The position numbers and the translations under genes are program-made. Positions 28,947 to 38,481 of a stretch of DNA of 64,000 bases are shown piece after piece. The notes below the pieces were generated by a model. The model was not told the origin of the DNA. It was given only the letters and a program-made list of their open reading frames with translations, and searched no databases. This DNA comes from Oceanispirochaeta sp. (GTDB lineage Bacteria; Spirochaetota; Spirochaetia; DSM-2461), in the NCBI GenBank assembly GCA_963663385.2, contig CAXXXD010000003.1, positions 1,312,001-1,376,000 on the forward strand, written 5' to 3'. Within the stretch, counting starts at the first letter, position 1, and each line of letters begins with the position of its first letter.

Positions 28947-30230
28947 CTAAAAATATAAAACAGAAGTAATCATCATCTCGGACTCCGTTGAATCGTCAAT
29001 GTTGATTCCCCAGTCCAGATTAATCTGAACGTTCGGCAGGGGCGCCGGGTAAACAGTTAAGGATAGCCCGGCAGTATAAAGAACTTCATCTCTTGTGAAG
29101 ATTTTATTATCATCGCTGACAAAACCCATATCAATAAAAGGAGACAAGTGTAAATCTCCTGCAGTCGGGATCTTCACAACGGGAATAACAAAATTCTGAT
29201 TCCAGAATAAACCTCTTGTACCGGTTAGTTTATAATCCAGTATCCCTCTGATTCTGTCTCCGGAGTTTTTCCGGTAACCATTGTAATAGTAGAAGTAGGA
29301 TAAACGGCTGTTATAGTTCAACACAGGAGTATAGACATATGTCTTCAGTATACCGTCAAACCAGACAAGATAATCCCTCTCTTCCGAAAGGTAGTCAATA
29401 CCGTTTTCCAGGGATACTGTAAATCCCTGACGGAGATTCCCTATCCAGTTTACCTGATCATACAGCAGCATATGACTGATCGACGGGATTATCCCCTCCT
29501 CAATATAATATTCATTCTCTTTTTCTGTATCATTCGTTTCAAATTCATAGGAAAAAGGAAGATAAACGCGCGGCGATATAATATAATCCATTTCCTTTAG
29601 AAGATGCAGGAGAAAGCTGACTTCGAATTCTGATTTGGCATAGGAATATTTAAGATTGATTTCATCCTCTTCATCAACGGATTTAACCTCTTCCCAGATT
29701 TGGGAAATACAGAAATCCAGATCAAAAGATCCGACACGTACACCGGTCAACCCGGTAGTAATTTCCGATTTAACTGGTGAGTAGTAACCGGACAGACTTA
29801 AATTCGTCAGGGTTCCCGCAAAGTTGTTATAGTACATACTTAATCCGGTAACCATTCCCAGATTGGAATCATAGGTATAGATAGGAATGGGGTAAATGTT
29901 CCAGGCTTCCTTCATGGATACAGCAACTTCTACTTCCGAATACCCTCTGTCATCACTTAATACGGTATAACCGGTAGTAACGGATTTGAAAACTTTTTTA
30001 CCTATCAGGATCTGCTTTTGTTCTCTTAAATAGGATTCCAGTTCCCAACGGTCATCGAATATTTTATGATACTTCCACTTTAAAATGGAATTCAGAGCGG
30101 CAGATTGAATGTTTCCGTCCATATAGTAGACAACACGGCCTATTTTATATTTTTCACTACTCTCCGGGTAACAGAAAAACAAGGAAATGAACAGTATAAT
30201 AAACAGGCAGATTCTTTTTTTCACAATCAC
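28947..30230 (-). CDS. Putative outer-membrane beta-barrel protein (Omp85/BamA-TamA-like)
   Basis: Signal peptide, POTRA-like N-terminus, YNNFAG, RIRG and FIDMG motifs, alternating aromatic strands, C-terminal Phe. Confidence 0.65.
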   Translation of the reverse strand: MIVKKRICLFIILFISLFFCYPESSEKYKIGRVVYYMDGNIQSAALNSILKWKYHKIFDDRWELESYLREQKQILIGKKVFKSVTTGYTVLSDDRGYSEVEVAVSMKEAWNIYPIPIYTYDSNLGMVTGLSMYYNNFAGTLTNLSLSGYYSPVKSEITTGLTGVRVGSFDLDFCISQIWEEVKSVDEEDEINLKYSYAKSEFEVSFLLHLLKEMDYIISPRVYLPFSYEFETNDTEKENEYYIEEGIIPSISHMLLYDQVNWIGNLRQGFTVSLENGIDYLSEERDYLVWFDGILKTYVYTPVLNYNSRLSYFYYYNGYRKNSGDRIRGILDYKLTGTRGLFWNQNFVIPVVKIPTAGDLHLSPFIDMGFVSDDNKIFTRDEVLYTAGLSLTVYPAPLPNVQINLDWGINIDDSTESEMMITSVLYF

Positions 30231-30496
30231 TTCAGAACAGAGAAGGGTCTCTCCGCAATTGATTCTTCCTTTATCTCTTCTATCAGCAGAACTGTCTGAA
30301 AAGGAATCATCACATGATCTGTTTTCCCGAAGGTATTTTTCAAATCATCTTCTGTCGGATCAATTATCAGACTGTTCCTGCTGGAAAAAACCAGATCCTT
30401 GATCGAAACAAAGTAAGGGTGCGTTAAATCGAGATTACGTGCTTTAAGAATAACATCCTTTTTCTGCCATGTGAAATGTACTTTGTACAGAGACAA
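30227..30496 (-). CDS. Small conserved protein (DUF1820-like)
   Basis: LYKVHF...SLIIDPTEDDLKNTF...MIP pattern; TTG start with GGAGG RBS. Confidence 0.7.
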   Translation of the reverse strand: MSLYKVHFTWQKKDVILKARNLDLTHPYFVSIKDLVFSSRNSLIIDPTEDDLKNTFGKTDHVMIPFQTVLLIEEIKEESIAERPFSVLK

Positions 30497-30606
30497 TCCG
30501 ATCCTCCCTTATTGTTAGGATATAATTCAAAGACAGAATATTAAAAAAAAACACTCTTGAAAAGAGTTATATTGCAGGTCGTCCGGAATCCGATTAAGAT
30601 AAAAAG

Positions 30607-31383
30607 ATGATTGAAGCAATAGGATGGCATATCAGAAATAAAATACAAGGTATGTCGTATGCGTTTAATTTTTTTCTGTTCCTTTTAAAGGAAACAGTCC
30701 ACTTTCCCTGGAACAAGAGAGTGGGGTTTAAAGTACTTATTATGCAGATCTATTTTACCGGAGTGGAAGCACTTTCAGTGGTGGCCCTTATTTCACTCGG
30801 GATTGGAGCTGTAATAATAATCCAGGGAGTATCCATTCTGCCCATGTTCGGCCAAGGTTCATTGATGTATTCCATTCTTATAATGATTATCACAAGAGAA
30901 CTTGGACCGCTTCTTACGGCATTTATAATTACAGCCCGGTCCGGTAGTGCCATTACAACAGAATTGGGGAATATGGTTATTTCCCATGAAATGGAAGCCT
31001 ATATGTCCATCGGTCTCCACCCGATTTCCTACCTTGGTGTACCCCGGTTATACGGAGTGGTGCTGGCCATGCTCTTTTTAAATATATACTTTAACCTTTT
31101 CGGTCTCCTTGGTTCCTATCTTGTTGCCTCCTTTATCCATAGCCTTCCCTTTGATGATTATCTTTTTAACCTTATACAGGCATTGACTATGGAGGATATC
31201 GTATCTGCCCTTCTGAAGAGCATTGTCTTTGGTGTTATTGTGGCAGTCGTATCAATCTATTACGGGTTTGATGTCAACAGGGCTGTTACCGAAGTTCCCC
31301 AGAAAACCATAAAATCCATCAGTTCCAGCATTACCCTCTGTATTATTGCAGATGCGATAATTGTTGTACTGACAAGGATGTAG
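30607..31383 (+). CDS. mlaE: MlaE family ABC permease
   Basis: RELGPLLTAFIITARSGSAITTELGNM...E.EA...GLHP..YLGVPR. Confidence 0.92.
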   Translation: MIEAIGWHIRNKIQGMSYAFNFFLFLLKETVHFPWNKRVGFKVLIMQIYFTGVEALSVVALISLGIGAVIIIQGVSILPMFGQGSLMYSILIMIITRELGPLLTAFIITARSGSAITTELGNMVISHEMEAYMSIGLHPISYLGVPRLYGVVLAMLFLNIYFNLFGLLGSYLVASFIHSLPFDDYLFNLIQALTMEDIVSALLKSIVFGVIVAVVSIYYGFDVNRAVTEVPQKTIKSISSSITLCIIADAIIVVLTRM

Positions 31384-31392
31384 GAGCCCCCT

Positions 31393-32157
31393 TTGAACTG
31401 GAATAAAGTACCTGTCGTCCTGGACAAGATATCAGTAATAGATAACAGGAATACAATAATTGATAAAATTGAACTGAATATTCATCCCGGCAAGGTAACA
31501 GTTATGATGGGTCCTTCCGGATGCGGAAAGTCTACTGTGCTAAAAGCGGCGGCCGGGCTGATTCCCATTACAAAAGGTTCTGTTAACTACGGGGATATAA
31601 AGCTGTACAAACTGAACCAGAAGGATTTTGCCAGAGTTCAGAAACATACGGGTTTTATGTTTCAGGATGGAGCCCTGTGGCAGAACAAAAGCATTTACGA
31701 AAATTTATCTCTCCCTCTGGTAATCGCAGATCCGGATATGAACAAGAATCTGGTGGAGGAGAGCGTTATGAACAGCCTGAAATCTTTTAAGATGGAAAGG
31801 GAAAGACTGAGCCGTCCTGCGGCCCTCTCTGCGGGAGAGAGAAAAATCATTTCCTTTCTGAGAGCAATTATTTCGGACCCCCAGATTATTTTCATGGATG
31901 AACCGACGACCTATATCGACCGTAAAAGTTCGCTTCTCCTTATCCAGGAGATGTTCCGCTTTAAACGGGAAGGGAAAACCGTCGTTATAGTCACCCATGA
32001 CTTGACTCTGGCAAAGAGTATTGCCGATTATTTCGTTTTCTTACACGAGGGTAGAATTGTTGTAAACGATACGATGAATGCTGCCATGAATACGGATAAT
32101 GAACTGTTAATGGCTTTTATAGAAGATCAGGCAATAGCCGATGATAGAAAAGAGTAG
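31393..32157 (+). CDS. mlaF: MlaF-like ABC ATP-binding protein
   Basis: GPSGCGKST, FMFQDGAL, LSAGE, FMDEPT and VTHD motifs; lies between mlaE and mlaD. Confidence 0.88.
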   Translation: MNWNKVPVVLDKISVIDNRNTIIDKIELNIHPGKVTVMMGPSGCGKSTVLKAAAGLIPITKGSVNYGDIKLYKLNQKDFARVQKHTGFMFQDGALWQNKSIYENLSLPLVIADPDMNKNLVEESVMNSLKSFKMERERLSRPAALSAGERKIISFLRAIISDPQIIFMDEPTTYIDRKSSLLLIQEMFRFKREGKTVVIVTHDLTLAKSIADYFVFLHEGRIVVNDTMNAAMNTDNELLMAFIEDQAIADDRKE

Positions 32158-32194
32158 GATATTTAATTTTGCATATAACAACAGGAAGTAGCAT

Positions 32195-33238
32195 ATGAAA
32201 TTCGGATTCAGACATGCCGACAAGTTTGTAGGTTTGTTCGTTCTTGTGGCCATCTTGTTCATCACGGCATCAGTGGTGGTGACAGGAGTCAATAAACGGT
32301 GGTTTGCCCGGGAGTATGAGTATTTTACCCGTTTCAGGAGCGCCGAAGGACTCAGTGTCGGAATGGAGATAAAGCTTAGGGGATTCGGAATAGGAAAAGT
32401 CAGAAGACTGACTCTGAATGATAAAAATCAGGTAGATATCACTTTTACGATTTATGACAGTTATATAGATAAAATTGTCGAAAATTCAATGATCGAACTG
32501 GCGTCCAACCCGCTGGGACTGGGAGGAGGATTGAATTTCTATCCGGGCAGGGACTCTAAAGAGATAATCCCTGAATACAGTTTCATCCCCTCCAATCATA
32601 CGAAAGAGGGAAAGGAGCTTCTCAGTTCAAAAAAACTGGATATGCCGGAAGGCGCTGATGCCATGGGTGCGATAATGGAGAATATAAATCCCATCCTGAG
32701 CGATGTTGACAGCCTGCTCACATCCATGACAAGCCTTCTGACAACCCTGGATAGTGCTCTTATGGGTAATCAGAACAGTCCTGTAGGGGGAATGCTTCTG
32801 AACCTGGAAGATACGACAGCCAACATTAATACAATCCTGCCTGTGGTAGAAGCCATTATGAAGGATGTGGACAGCATGACCGGTTCTCTGTCCGTATTGA
32901 TGAAGGAACTGGAAGATCCTACCGGACTAATCCCGAAACTGATAGATCCGACAGGAACCTTCGATACAATCCTTCATGATGACAATGTTCTCTTTGATCA
33001 GCTGATTGTTCTGCTAAATGACGTCCATAACAACCTTGCCAACCTGACTGTTATTACAGGAGATCTACGGGGTATTACTCCCGAGCTGAATGCTGTTCTT
33101 GATGAAGCGACAGGAGCCTTGCGTGAGGGGGAGAAAGTACTGGAAGGGCTCTCCAACAATCCTATTCTCCGTAAGGGGATCAGTACAGAAGTTGACGCCT
33201 CCTATCAGCACGGAACCCTGAGGGATGAGGAGTTCTGA
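32195..33238 (+). CDS. mlaD: MlaD/MCE domain protein with a long helical C-terminus
   Basis: N-terminal TM (VGLFVL); MCE motif AEGLSVGMEIKLRGFGIGKV. Confidence 0.88.
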   Translation: MKFGFRHADKFVGLFVLVAILFITASVVVTGVNKRWFAREYEYFTRFRSAEGLSVGMEIKLRGFGIGKVRRLTLNDKNQVDITFTIYDSYIDKIVENSMIELASNPLGLGGGLNFYPGRDSKEIIPEYSFIPSNHTKEGKELLSSKKLDMPEGADAMGAIMENINPILSDVDSLLTSMTSLLTTLDSALMGNQNSPVGGMLLNLEDTTANINTILPVVEAIMKDVDSMTGSLSVLMKELEDPTGLIPKLIDPTGTFDTILHDDNVLFDQLIVLLNDVHNNLANLTVITGDLRGITPELNAVLDEATGALREGEKVLEGLSNNPILRKGISTEVDASYQHGTLRDEEF

Positions 33239-33240
33239 AA

Positions 33241-34137
33241 ATGAAACAATATAGTATTATCTACCTGTTCCTGACACTGGTTTTTATCAGCTGTTCTTCC
33301 ATGCCCAAGGACGAGAAGGTTCAGAATGTTACAGCCACCCGGTCTCTTGGAGCACTTCATATTGAAAGAGGAAACAATGAATACAGGTGGAACAACTACG
33401 ATTCCGCTCTTTCTCTCTATTCCAAGGCTTTGACTCTATCTTCTTCTGTTGACTGGGAGGAGGGGATTGTCCGCAGCATGGTTCAGATAAGCCGAACCAT
33501 GGATCAACTGGGAGAAACAGAGAAGTCTCTGATCTATGCAGAAACTGCCGCAGCTTTCAGGATAGCACAGGAGTCTGAAACGCTTAGAGTCCTGACCCTG
33601 AACCGGCAGGCGGAGTGGTATTTTTATCAGAATAATACAGCTGAAGCTCTCAAGTTCCTGAATGAATCCATTAAAGTCGGTAAAAATATTAAATCGGAAG
33701 AGATTGGAGAGTCCTGGCGGATTAATGCGGCCATTCACAAAAAAAAGAAAGACTATGATACTGCTCTTACTGCAATTGAAGAGGCTGTTGAAATAGACAG
33801 GAAAGGGCTCTTCCTTGGAGAGCTGGCCAGCGATTACTATATCAGAGCATCAATTCTATCCCTTTCCGGAAAATATTCCGAAGCTATTGAATCGATGGAA
33901 CAGGCTTTAGAGAAAGATAAATTTATTGAAAATTCCGCAGGAATTGCCATGGATTTATACGGTTTGGGTCAAATTCATAAAAAAAACGGTGATTCGGAAA
34001 TAGCTTTGGACTATTTTAAACGTTTATACCTTGTATACAAGGGGGCTAATGACGGAACAGTTCCGGAATTCCTTATAGAATCCCTTAATGACCTGTCCAT
34101 TGAAACTGATTGGCTTCCTGAAATTGACATGCCTTAA
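33241..34137 (+). CDS. TPR-repeat lipoprotein
   Basis: Lipobox VFISC; repeated TPR-like helices (YDSALSLYSKAL, YSEAIESMEQAL). Confidence 0.8.
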   Translation: MKQYSIIYLFLTLVFISCSSMPKDEKVQNVTATRSLGALHIERGNNEYRWNNYDSALSLYSKALTLSSSVDWEEGIVRSMVQISRTMDQLGETEKSLIYAETAAAFRIAQESETLRVLTLNRQAEWYFYQNNTAEALKFLNESIKVGKNIKSEEIGESWRINAAIHKKKKDYDTALTAIEEAVEIDRKGLFLGELASDYYIRASILSLSGKYSEAIESMEQALEKDKFIENSAGIAMDLYGLGQIHKKNGDSEIALDYFKRLYLVYKGANDGTVPEFLIESLNDLSIETDWLPEIDMP

Positions 34138-34206
34138 GATATTGTAACAAAAAAGCATATTCTATAGTATTACGTTAACACAAATACTTATAAAAAGGAT
34201 AGAGAT

Positions 34207-36366
34207 ATGCTTGGATTTATCGTAATCGTTGTAATCGGTGCATTGGCTTTTGCCGCACTGAATTACAGCGCGGTGAAGAAAAAAGACGCCGGTACAGAAC
34301 AGATGCAGACTATTGCCGGTGCAATTGAAGAAGGGGCGGACGCCTTTCTGCGGCATGAGTACAAACTGATTTTCAAAATCGTTGTCATCATTGCTGTTCT
34401 TCTTCTGGTCGTTGTATCCTGGTACGCCAGTGTTTCCTTTATCATCGGAACCATTATGAGCGCCAGTGCCGGATGGATCGGGATGAAAATCGCGACTATT
34501 TCAAATGTCAGGGTTTCCAACACTGCGAAGGAGACAAAGAGTATCGGCGCCACTCTGAAAGTAGCTTTTCAGGGTGGTAGTGTAATGGGACTATCAGTAG
34601 GAGGTTTTTCCCTTCTTGGCCTGGCCATTATCTACTTCGTATTCGGAATACTTCTTGGACAGACAAAACCTGATCATCTGGTGATAGTAACAAATTGGCT
34701 GGGTATTAATGATATCCCCTTTACCATGACGGTTTCAGGTTATGCTCTTGGTTGTTCCATCATTGCCATGTTCAACCGTGTTGGAGGCGGTATCTATACA
34801 AAAGCAGCCGATATGGGCGCCGATCTTGTTGGAAAGACAGAGGCCGGTATCCCCGAAGATGATCCCCGTAACCCTGCAACCATTGCGGACAATGTGGGTG
34901 ATAATGTGGGTGATGTAGCCGGTTTGGGATCCGACCTGCTGGAAAGTTTTGTAGGTGCGGTAATTTCCGCCATGGTTCTGGCATCCTATATCTACTTCTC
35001 TTCCAGTCATTCCGCAAATCCTGTATCCGGTGAGCTTGTCGGGACATTGATCACTTACCCAATCGTATTTGCTTCTGCCGGTCTTGTTTCCTCCATGCTG
35101 GGTATTTTCATTCTCCTGAAAAGTAAAGTTTCCGATAAACCTCATAAAGAACTGAATAAGGCAACCTTTATAGCAGCAGGATTGACGATCCTTATCAACG
35201 GAGTCCTCACCTGGATGATTTTCAACGGGATTGATGTATCTGCCGCAGGCTTTATGCTGGGCGCCCTGTCTCCCTGGATATGTGCTGTTCTTGGTGTTGT
35301 CAGCGGAATCCTGATCGGACAGATGGCAGAACGTTATACCAGCTATGATTTCAATCCCACCAAGGGAATTGCTGCAGCCTCCAAGGAGGGGCCTGCTCTT
35401 ACTATTACTCAGGGTATGGCCGTCGGTATGAAATCCGTTATTGCTCCTGTAATAACTCTTGGTGTAGCCATTATTGCCGCTCATTCCGTTGCCGGACTCT
35501 ACGGGGTTGCCATGGCAGCTATCGGAATGCTTTCATTCGTAACCATGACTGTATCCGTAGATACCTACGGTCCCATTGCGGATAATGCAGGCGGTATCAG
35601 CGAAATGGCTCATCTGGATCCCGAAGTCCGTGAAATCACAGACGAACTGGATGCCGTAGGAAATACGACAGCGGCTATTGGTAAAGGGTTCGCTATCGGA
35701 AGTGCCGCTCTGGCCGCACTCTCCCTGTTTGCCTCCTACCTGTATGCTCAAGCCGGTGAATCCGCTGCAGATGGAATCAACCTTGTTCTGAATATGATCA
35801 ACACCATGACCCTGGCCGGAGCCCTGGTAGGAGCAGCCCTTCCGTACCTGTTTTCCGGAATCCTTATTGAATCAGTGGCAAATGCAGCCAGAAGCATGGT
35901 TCAGGAAGTACGCCGTCAGTTCTCTGAAAAGCCTGGTATTCTGACAGGTGACGATACCCCTGATTACAGGGAGTGTATTTCCATCTCCTCCGCAGGTGCA
36001 CTTAAAGAGATGAAAATTCCCGCACTGCTTTCTGTTGTAATGCCACTGGCAAGCGGTTTCATCTTTGGTCCCGAATTTGTCGGCGGTCTCCTGATCGGTA
36101 CAACCCTCAGCGCTATTATGCTGGCTCTCTATACAGCCAATGCCGGTGGTGCCTGGGATAACGGCAAAAAATATATTGAAAACGGCCACTACGGCGGAAA
36201 GGGCTCTGATGCCCATAGCGCTGCTGTTATCGGTGATACTGTTGGAGACCCCCTGAAAGATACTGTTGGTCCTTCTCTGGATATACTGATAAAGATAATG
36301 TCTGTCATCTCCCTGATTTCCGTTTCCATATTCGGAAAATTCAACCTTTTTTCACTGTTGTTTTAA
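34207..36366 (+). CDS. hppA: Membrane-bound pyrophosphatase, K+-dependent, probably Na+-translocating
   Basis: GGGIYTKAADMGADLVGK, EDDPRNPATIADNVGDNVGD, GNTTAA (K+-dependent Ala variant), DLLES, GGAWDN and GDPLKDT motifs. Confidence 0.95.
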   Translation: MLGFIVIVVIGALAFAALNYSAVKKKDAGTEQMQTIAGAIEEGADAFLRHEYKLIFKIVVIIAVLLLVVVSWYASVSFIIGTIMSASAGWIGMKIATISNVRVSNTAKETKSIGATLKVAFQGGSVMGLSVGGFSLLGLAIIYFVFGILLGQTKPDHLVIVTNWLGINDIPFTMTVSGYALGCSIIAMFNRVGGGIYTKAADMGADLVGKTEAGIPEDDPRNPATIADNVGDNVGDVAGLGSDLLESFVGAVISAMVLASYIYFSSSHSANPVSGELVGTLITYPIVFASAGLVSSMLGIFILLKSKVSDKPHKELNKATFIAAGLTILINGVLTWMIFNGIDVSAAGFMLGALSPWICAVLGVVSGILIGQMAERYTSYDFNPTKGIAAASKEGPALTITQGMAVGMKSVIAPVITLGVAIIAAHSVAGLYGVAMAAIGMLSFVTMTVSVDTYGPIADNAGGISEMAHLDPEVREITDELDAVGNTTAAIGKGFAIGSAALAALSLFASYLYAQAGESAADGINLVLNMINTMTLAGALVGAALPYLFSGILIESVANAARSMVQEVRRQFSEKPGILTGDDTPDYRECISISSAGALKEMKIPALLSVVMPLASGFIFGPEFVGGLLIGTTLSAIMLALYTANAGGAWDNGKKYIENGHYGGKGSDAHSAAVIGDTVGDPLKDTVGPSLDILIKIMSVISLISVSIFGKFNLFSLLF

Positions 36367-36401
36367 TCAGCAGCATACTATATTTGAATTAGGAGTCTAT
36401 T

Positions 36402-37172
36402 ATGGCATTACATTATTATATGACAGTTTTTCCCATGGAAGCATTGGTTGCGTCACAGCTTGAACCCGAACACTTCGCCTCGTATATGGCTCTGGGTGAT
36501 AAAAAAGCTGCAGCGGAACAACTGATGTTTGTAGAAATTGAAGGCGGTTTCGGTAAATACTTTGACTGGGAATTTGCTGAAAGAAAGTGTGTTCCCCATT
36601 CTGACGGGCGTCCAAAAAACTCCCTGTACCTGAGCGTTTATCGGGTCCTCGAAAATATTCAACTTACAGCAATGGGCAGTCTTTACCTTGTTACCAAGGA
36701 CGGACGCTCTCTGGTTCTGGAGAAGAAGGGGTATTCTGCTCCGGCAAACTGGAAAGGATATGCACTCTACAGAGAGTACTGTCCCATGTCTCCTCTGGCC
36801 GTCAGCTCGCTGGATCCCAAAAAATACGGCGAGCATATGACTGAGGAAAATAACAAAGTCCATGTTCCAACACTGTTCTTTGCGGATCTTAAACTGGGCA
36901 ATGTGGATAATATTGAAGAAAGCGGCAACGTAGGACAAATCTATGACAAGAATCTGGAGCATCTCCAGAGCTGTGTTCATGCCCTTCAGGCAGGAAAAGG
37001 GAAAATGACTAAGATTGTCGACCGGTCAAACTTCAATTCCTCTTTTTATCAGATTATCGATAATGGTCTTTATATATCCAGCGGGGATGACATTATAATG
37101 TATCCCATGCCTTCACGGGATGAGCTGAAAAAGATCGATTACGACTGGGGACGTTCCGCCCTGATTTTTTAA
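36402..37172 (+). CDS. Hypothetical protein of unknown function
   Basis: 256-aa ORF with AGGAG RBS, followed by a terminator; no family recognised. Confidence 0.8.
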   Translation: MALHYYMTVFPMEALVASQLEPEHFASYMALGDKKAAAEQLMFVEIEGGFGKYFDWEFAERKCVPHSDGRPKNSLYLSVYRVLENIQLTAMGSLYLVTKDGRSLVLEKKGYSAPANWKGYALYREYCPMSPLAVSSLDPKKYGEHMTEENNKVHVPTLFFADLKLGNVDNIEESGNVGQIYDKNLEHLQSCVHALQAGKGKMTKIVDRSNFNSSFYQIIDNGLYISSGDDIIMYPMPSRDELKKIDYDWGRSALIF

Positions 37173-37220
37173 CATTATAGGGTGCTGGTTTCACCAACCA
37201 GTGCTCTCTGAACTGATTCG

Positions 37221-37250
37221 AATCCCGGCAATACTCTGCCGGGATTTTTT
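37221..37250 (+). terminator. Rho-independent terminator
   Basis: aatcccggca-atactc-tgccgggatt followed by a T-run. Confidence 0.85.
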
Positions 37251-37313
37251 ATTTTAAAGAATAAGAAAATTTGTTATATTAACTAAGGAACAAGCTAAAT
37301 CGGGGGGGGGTAT

Positions 37314-38423
37314 ATGGAGATACATAAAGAGCTGGTGTTTATCAGGAATTTGCTGCTGCTTTCGGTAGGAATCGGGGGACTGGTTATAATGAAAACCCTC
37401 TCAGGAATTCTTCTTCCTCTCGTACTGGCTATGATGCTCTCTATCATTTACCTCCCGGTAGTTATGTATCTTGAATCCAAGCATATCCCGGGGAAACTGA
37501 TTGTGCCCATAATAGCCATTGGAACTCTGGGCATTATCTATTCAGTTACAAATATTTTTATCGCCACTATTACAGATATCATCGGGCAAATGGATTTTCT
37601 TATAGAAAAGCTGACTCAGAAATTCCTCTTAATCGGTGATCTGGTTTCCAGGATACCCTATCTGAAGCTGGATACACAGGTCCTTCTTGAAGGGCTGAAC
37701 TCCCTCCTGAGCAGGGACGCCATCACAACCTCAGCATCTTCCATTGTCAAGGGGGCGGGGAATTTCGGGTCCTCCTTTCTGATGTTCACGCTCTACTTTC
37801 TCTTTCTCCTCCCGGGCATTTCACATTATAAAAACTATGTGAAATACGTTGGAGGGGATAACCTTACGCTTCTGGATGATATAGAGACACTCCAGAAGAA
37901 CGTTTCCACCTATATGGGTATTAAAACGGTTATAAGCCTGACAACAGGTATTATTGCGGGTGTATTCTGCAGCATTATGGATTTAAAGTTTGCCTTTTTC
38001 TGGGGGTTCCTCACCTTTATCCTGAACTTTATACCTTCCATCGGATCAATTATCGCAACAGTAATCCCTTCCATTTTTGGTTTAATCCAGTTCGATTCCT
38101 TCCAGCAGATACTGCTTCTCTTTGCCTTACTGGGGGTAAATCAGATCATTATCGGTAACGTTATTGATCCTAAAGTAATGGGGAACAGGCTTCGTCTTAA
38201 CACGGTAACAGTACTCTTCGGCTTGGTTTTCTGGGGAGTTATCTGGGGTATTCCGGGTATGCTTATGTCAGTTCCCCTTTTGGTTACGGTAAAACTGCTT
38301 CTGGAAAAATCCCATGCCTGGAGTATCGTAGCGAGGGTTATGGGTTACCCGGAAAGAACGAAACATCCTACCGATTCCAGACTGAAATGGCTGAAAAAAA
38401 GGAATGGAGACAAAAAAGCCTAG
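37314..38423 (+). CDS. AI-2E family transporter
   Basis: LNFIPSIGSIIA, GNVIDPKVMG.RL.L and FWG.IWGIPGMLMSVPL motifs. Confidence 0.9.
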   Translation: MEIHKELVFIRNLLLLSVGIGGLVIMKTLSGILLPLVLAMMLSIIYLPVVMYLESKHIPGKLIVPIIAIGTLGIIYSVTNIFIATITDIIGQMDFLIEKLTQKFLLIGDLVSRIPYLKLDTQVLLEGLNSLLSRDAITTSASSIVKGAGNFGSSFLMFTLYFLFLLPGISHYKNYVKYVGGDNLTLLDDIETLQKNVSTYMGIKTVISLTTGIIAGVFCSIMDLKFAFFWGFLTFILNFIPSIGSIIATVIPSIFGLIQFDSFQQILLLFALLGVNQIIIGNVIDPKVMGNRLRLNTVTVLFGLVFWGVIWGIPGMLMSVPLLVTVKLLLEKSHAWSIVARVMGYPERTKHPTDSRLKWLKKRNGDKKA

Positions 38424-38481
38424 ATTGAATTTTTCCTGTTCTTTGATTATGATGATGGCATCTTTTTGACAGGAGTCAACC

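Noticed and set aside
34735..35484. 249-aa ORF antisense to hppA, and the many other short overlapping ORFs in the track
   Set aside because: These are shadow ORFs inside clearly identified genes, with no protein-like motifs.
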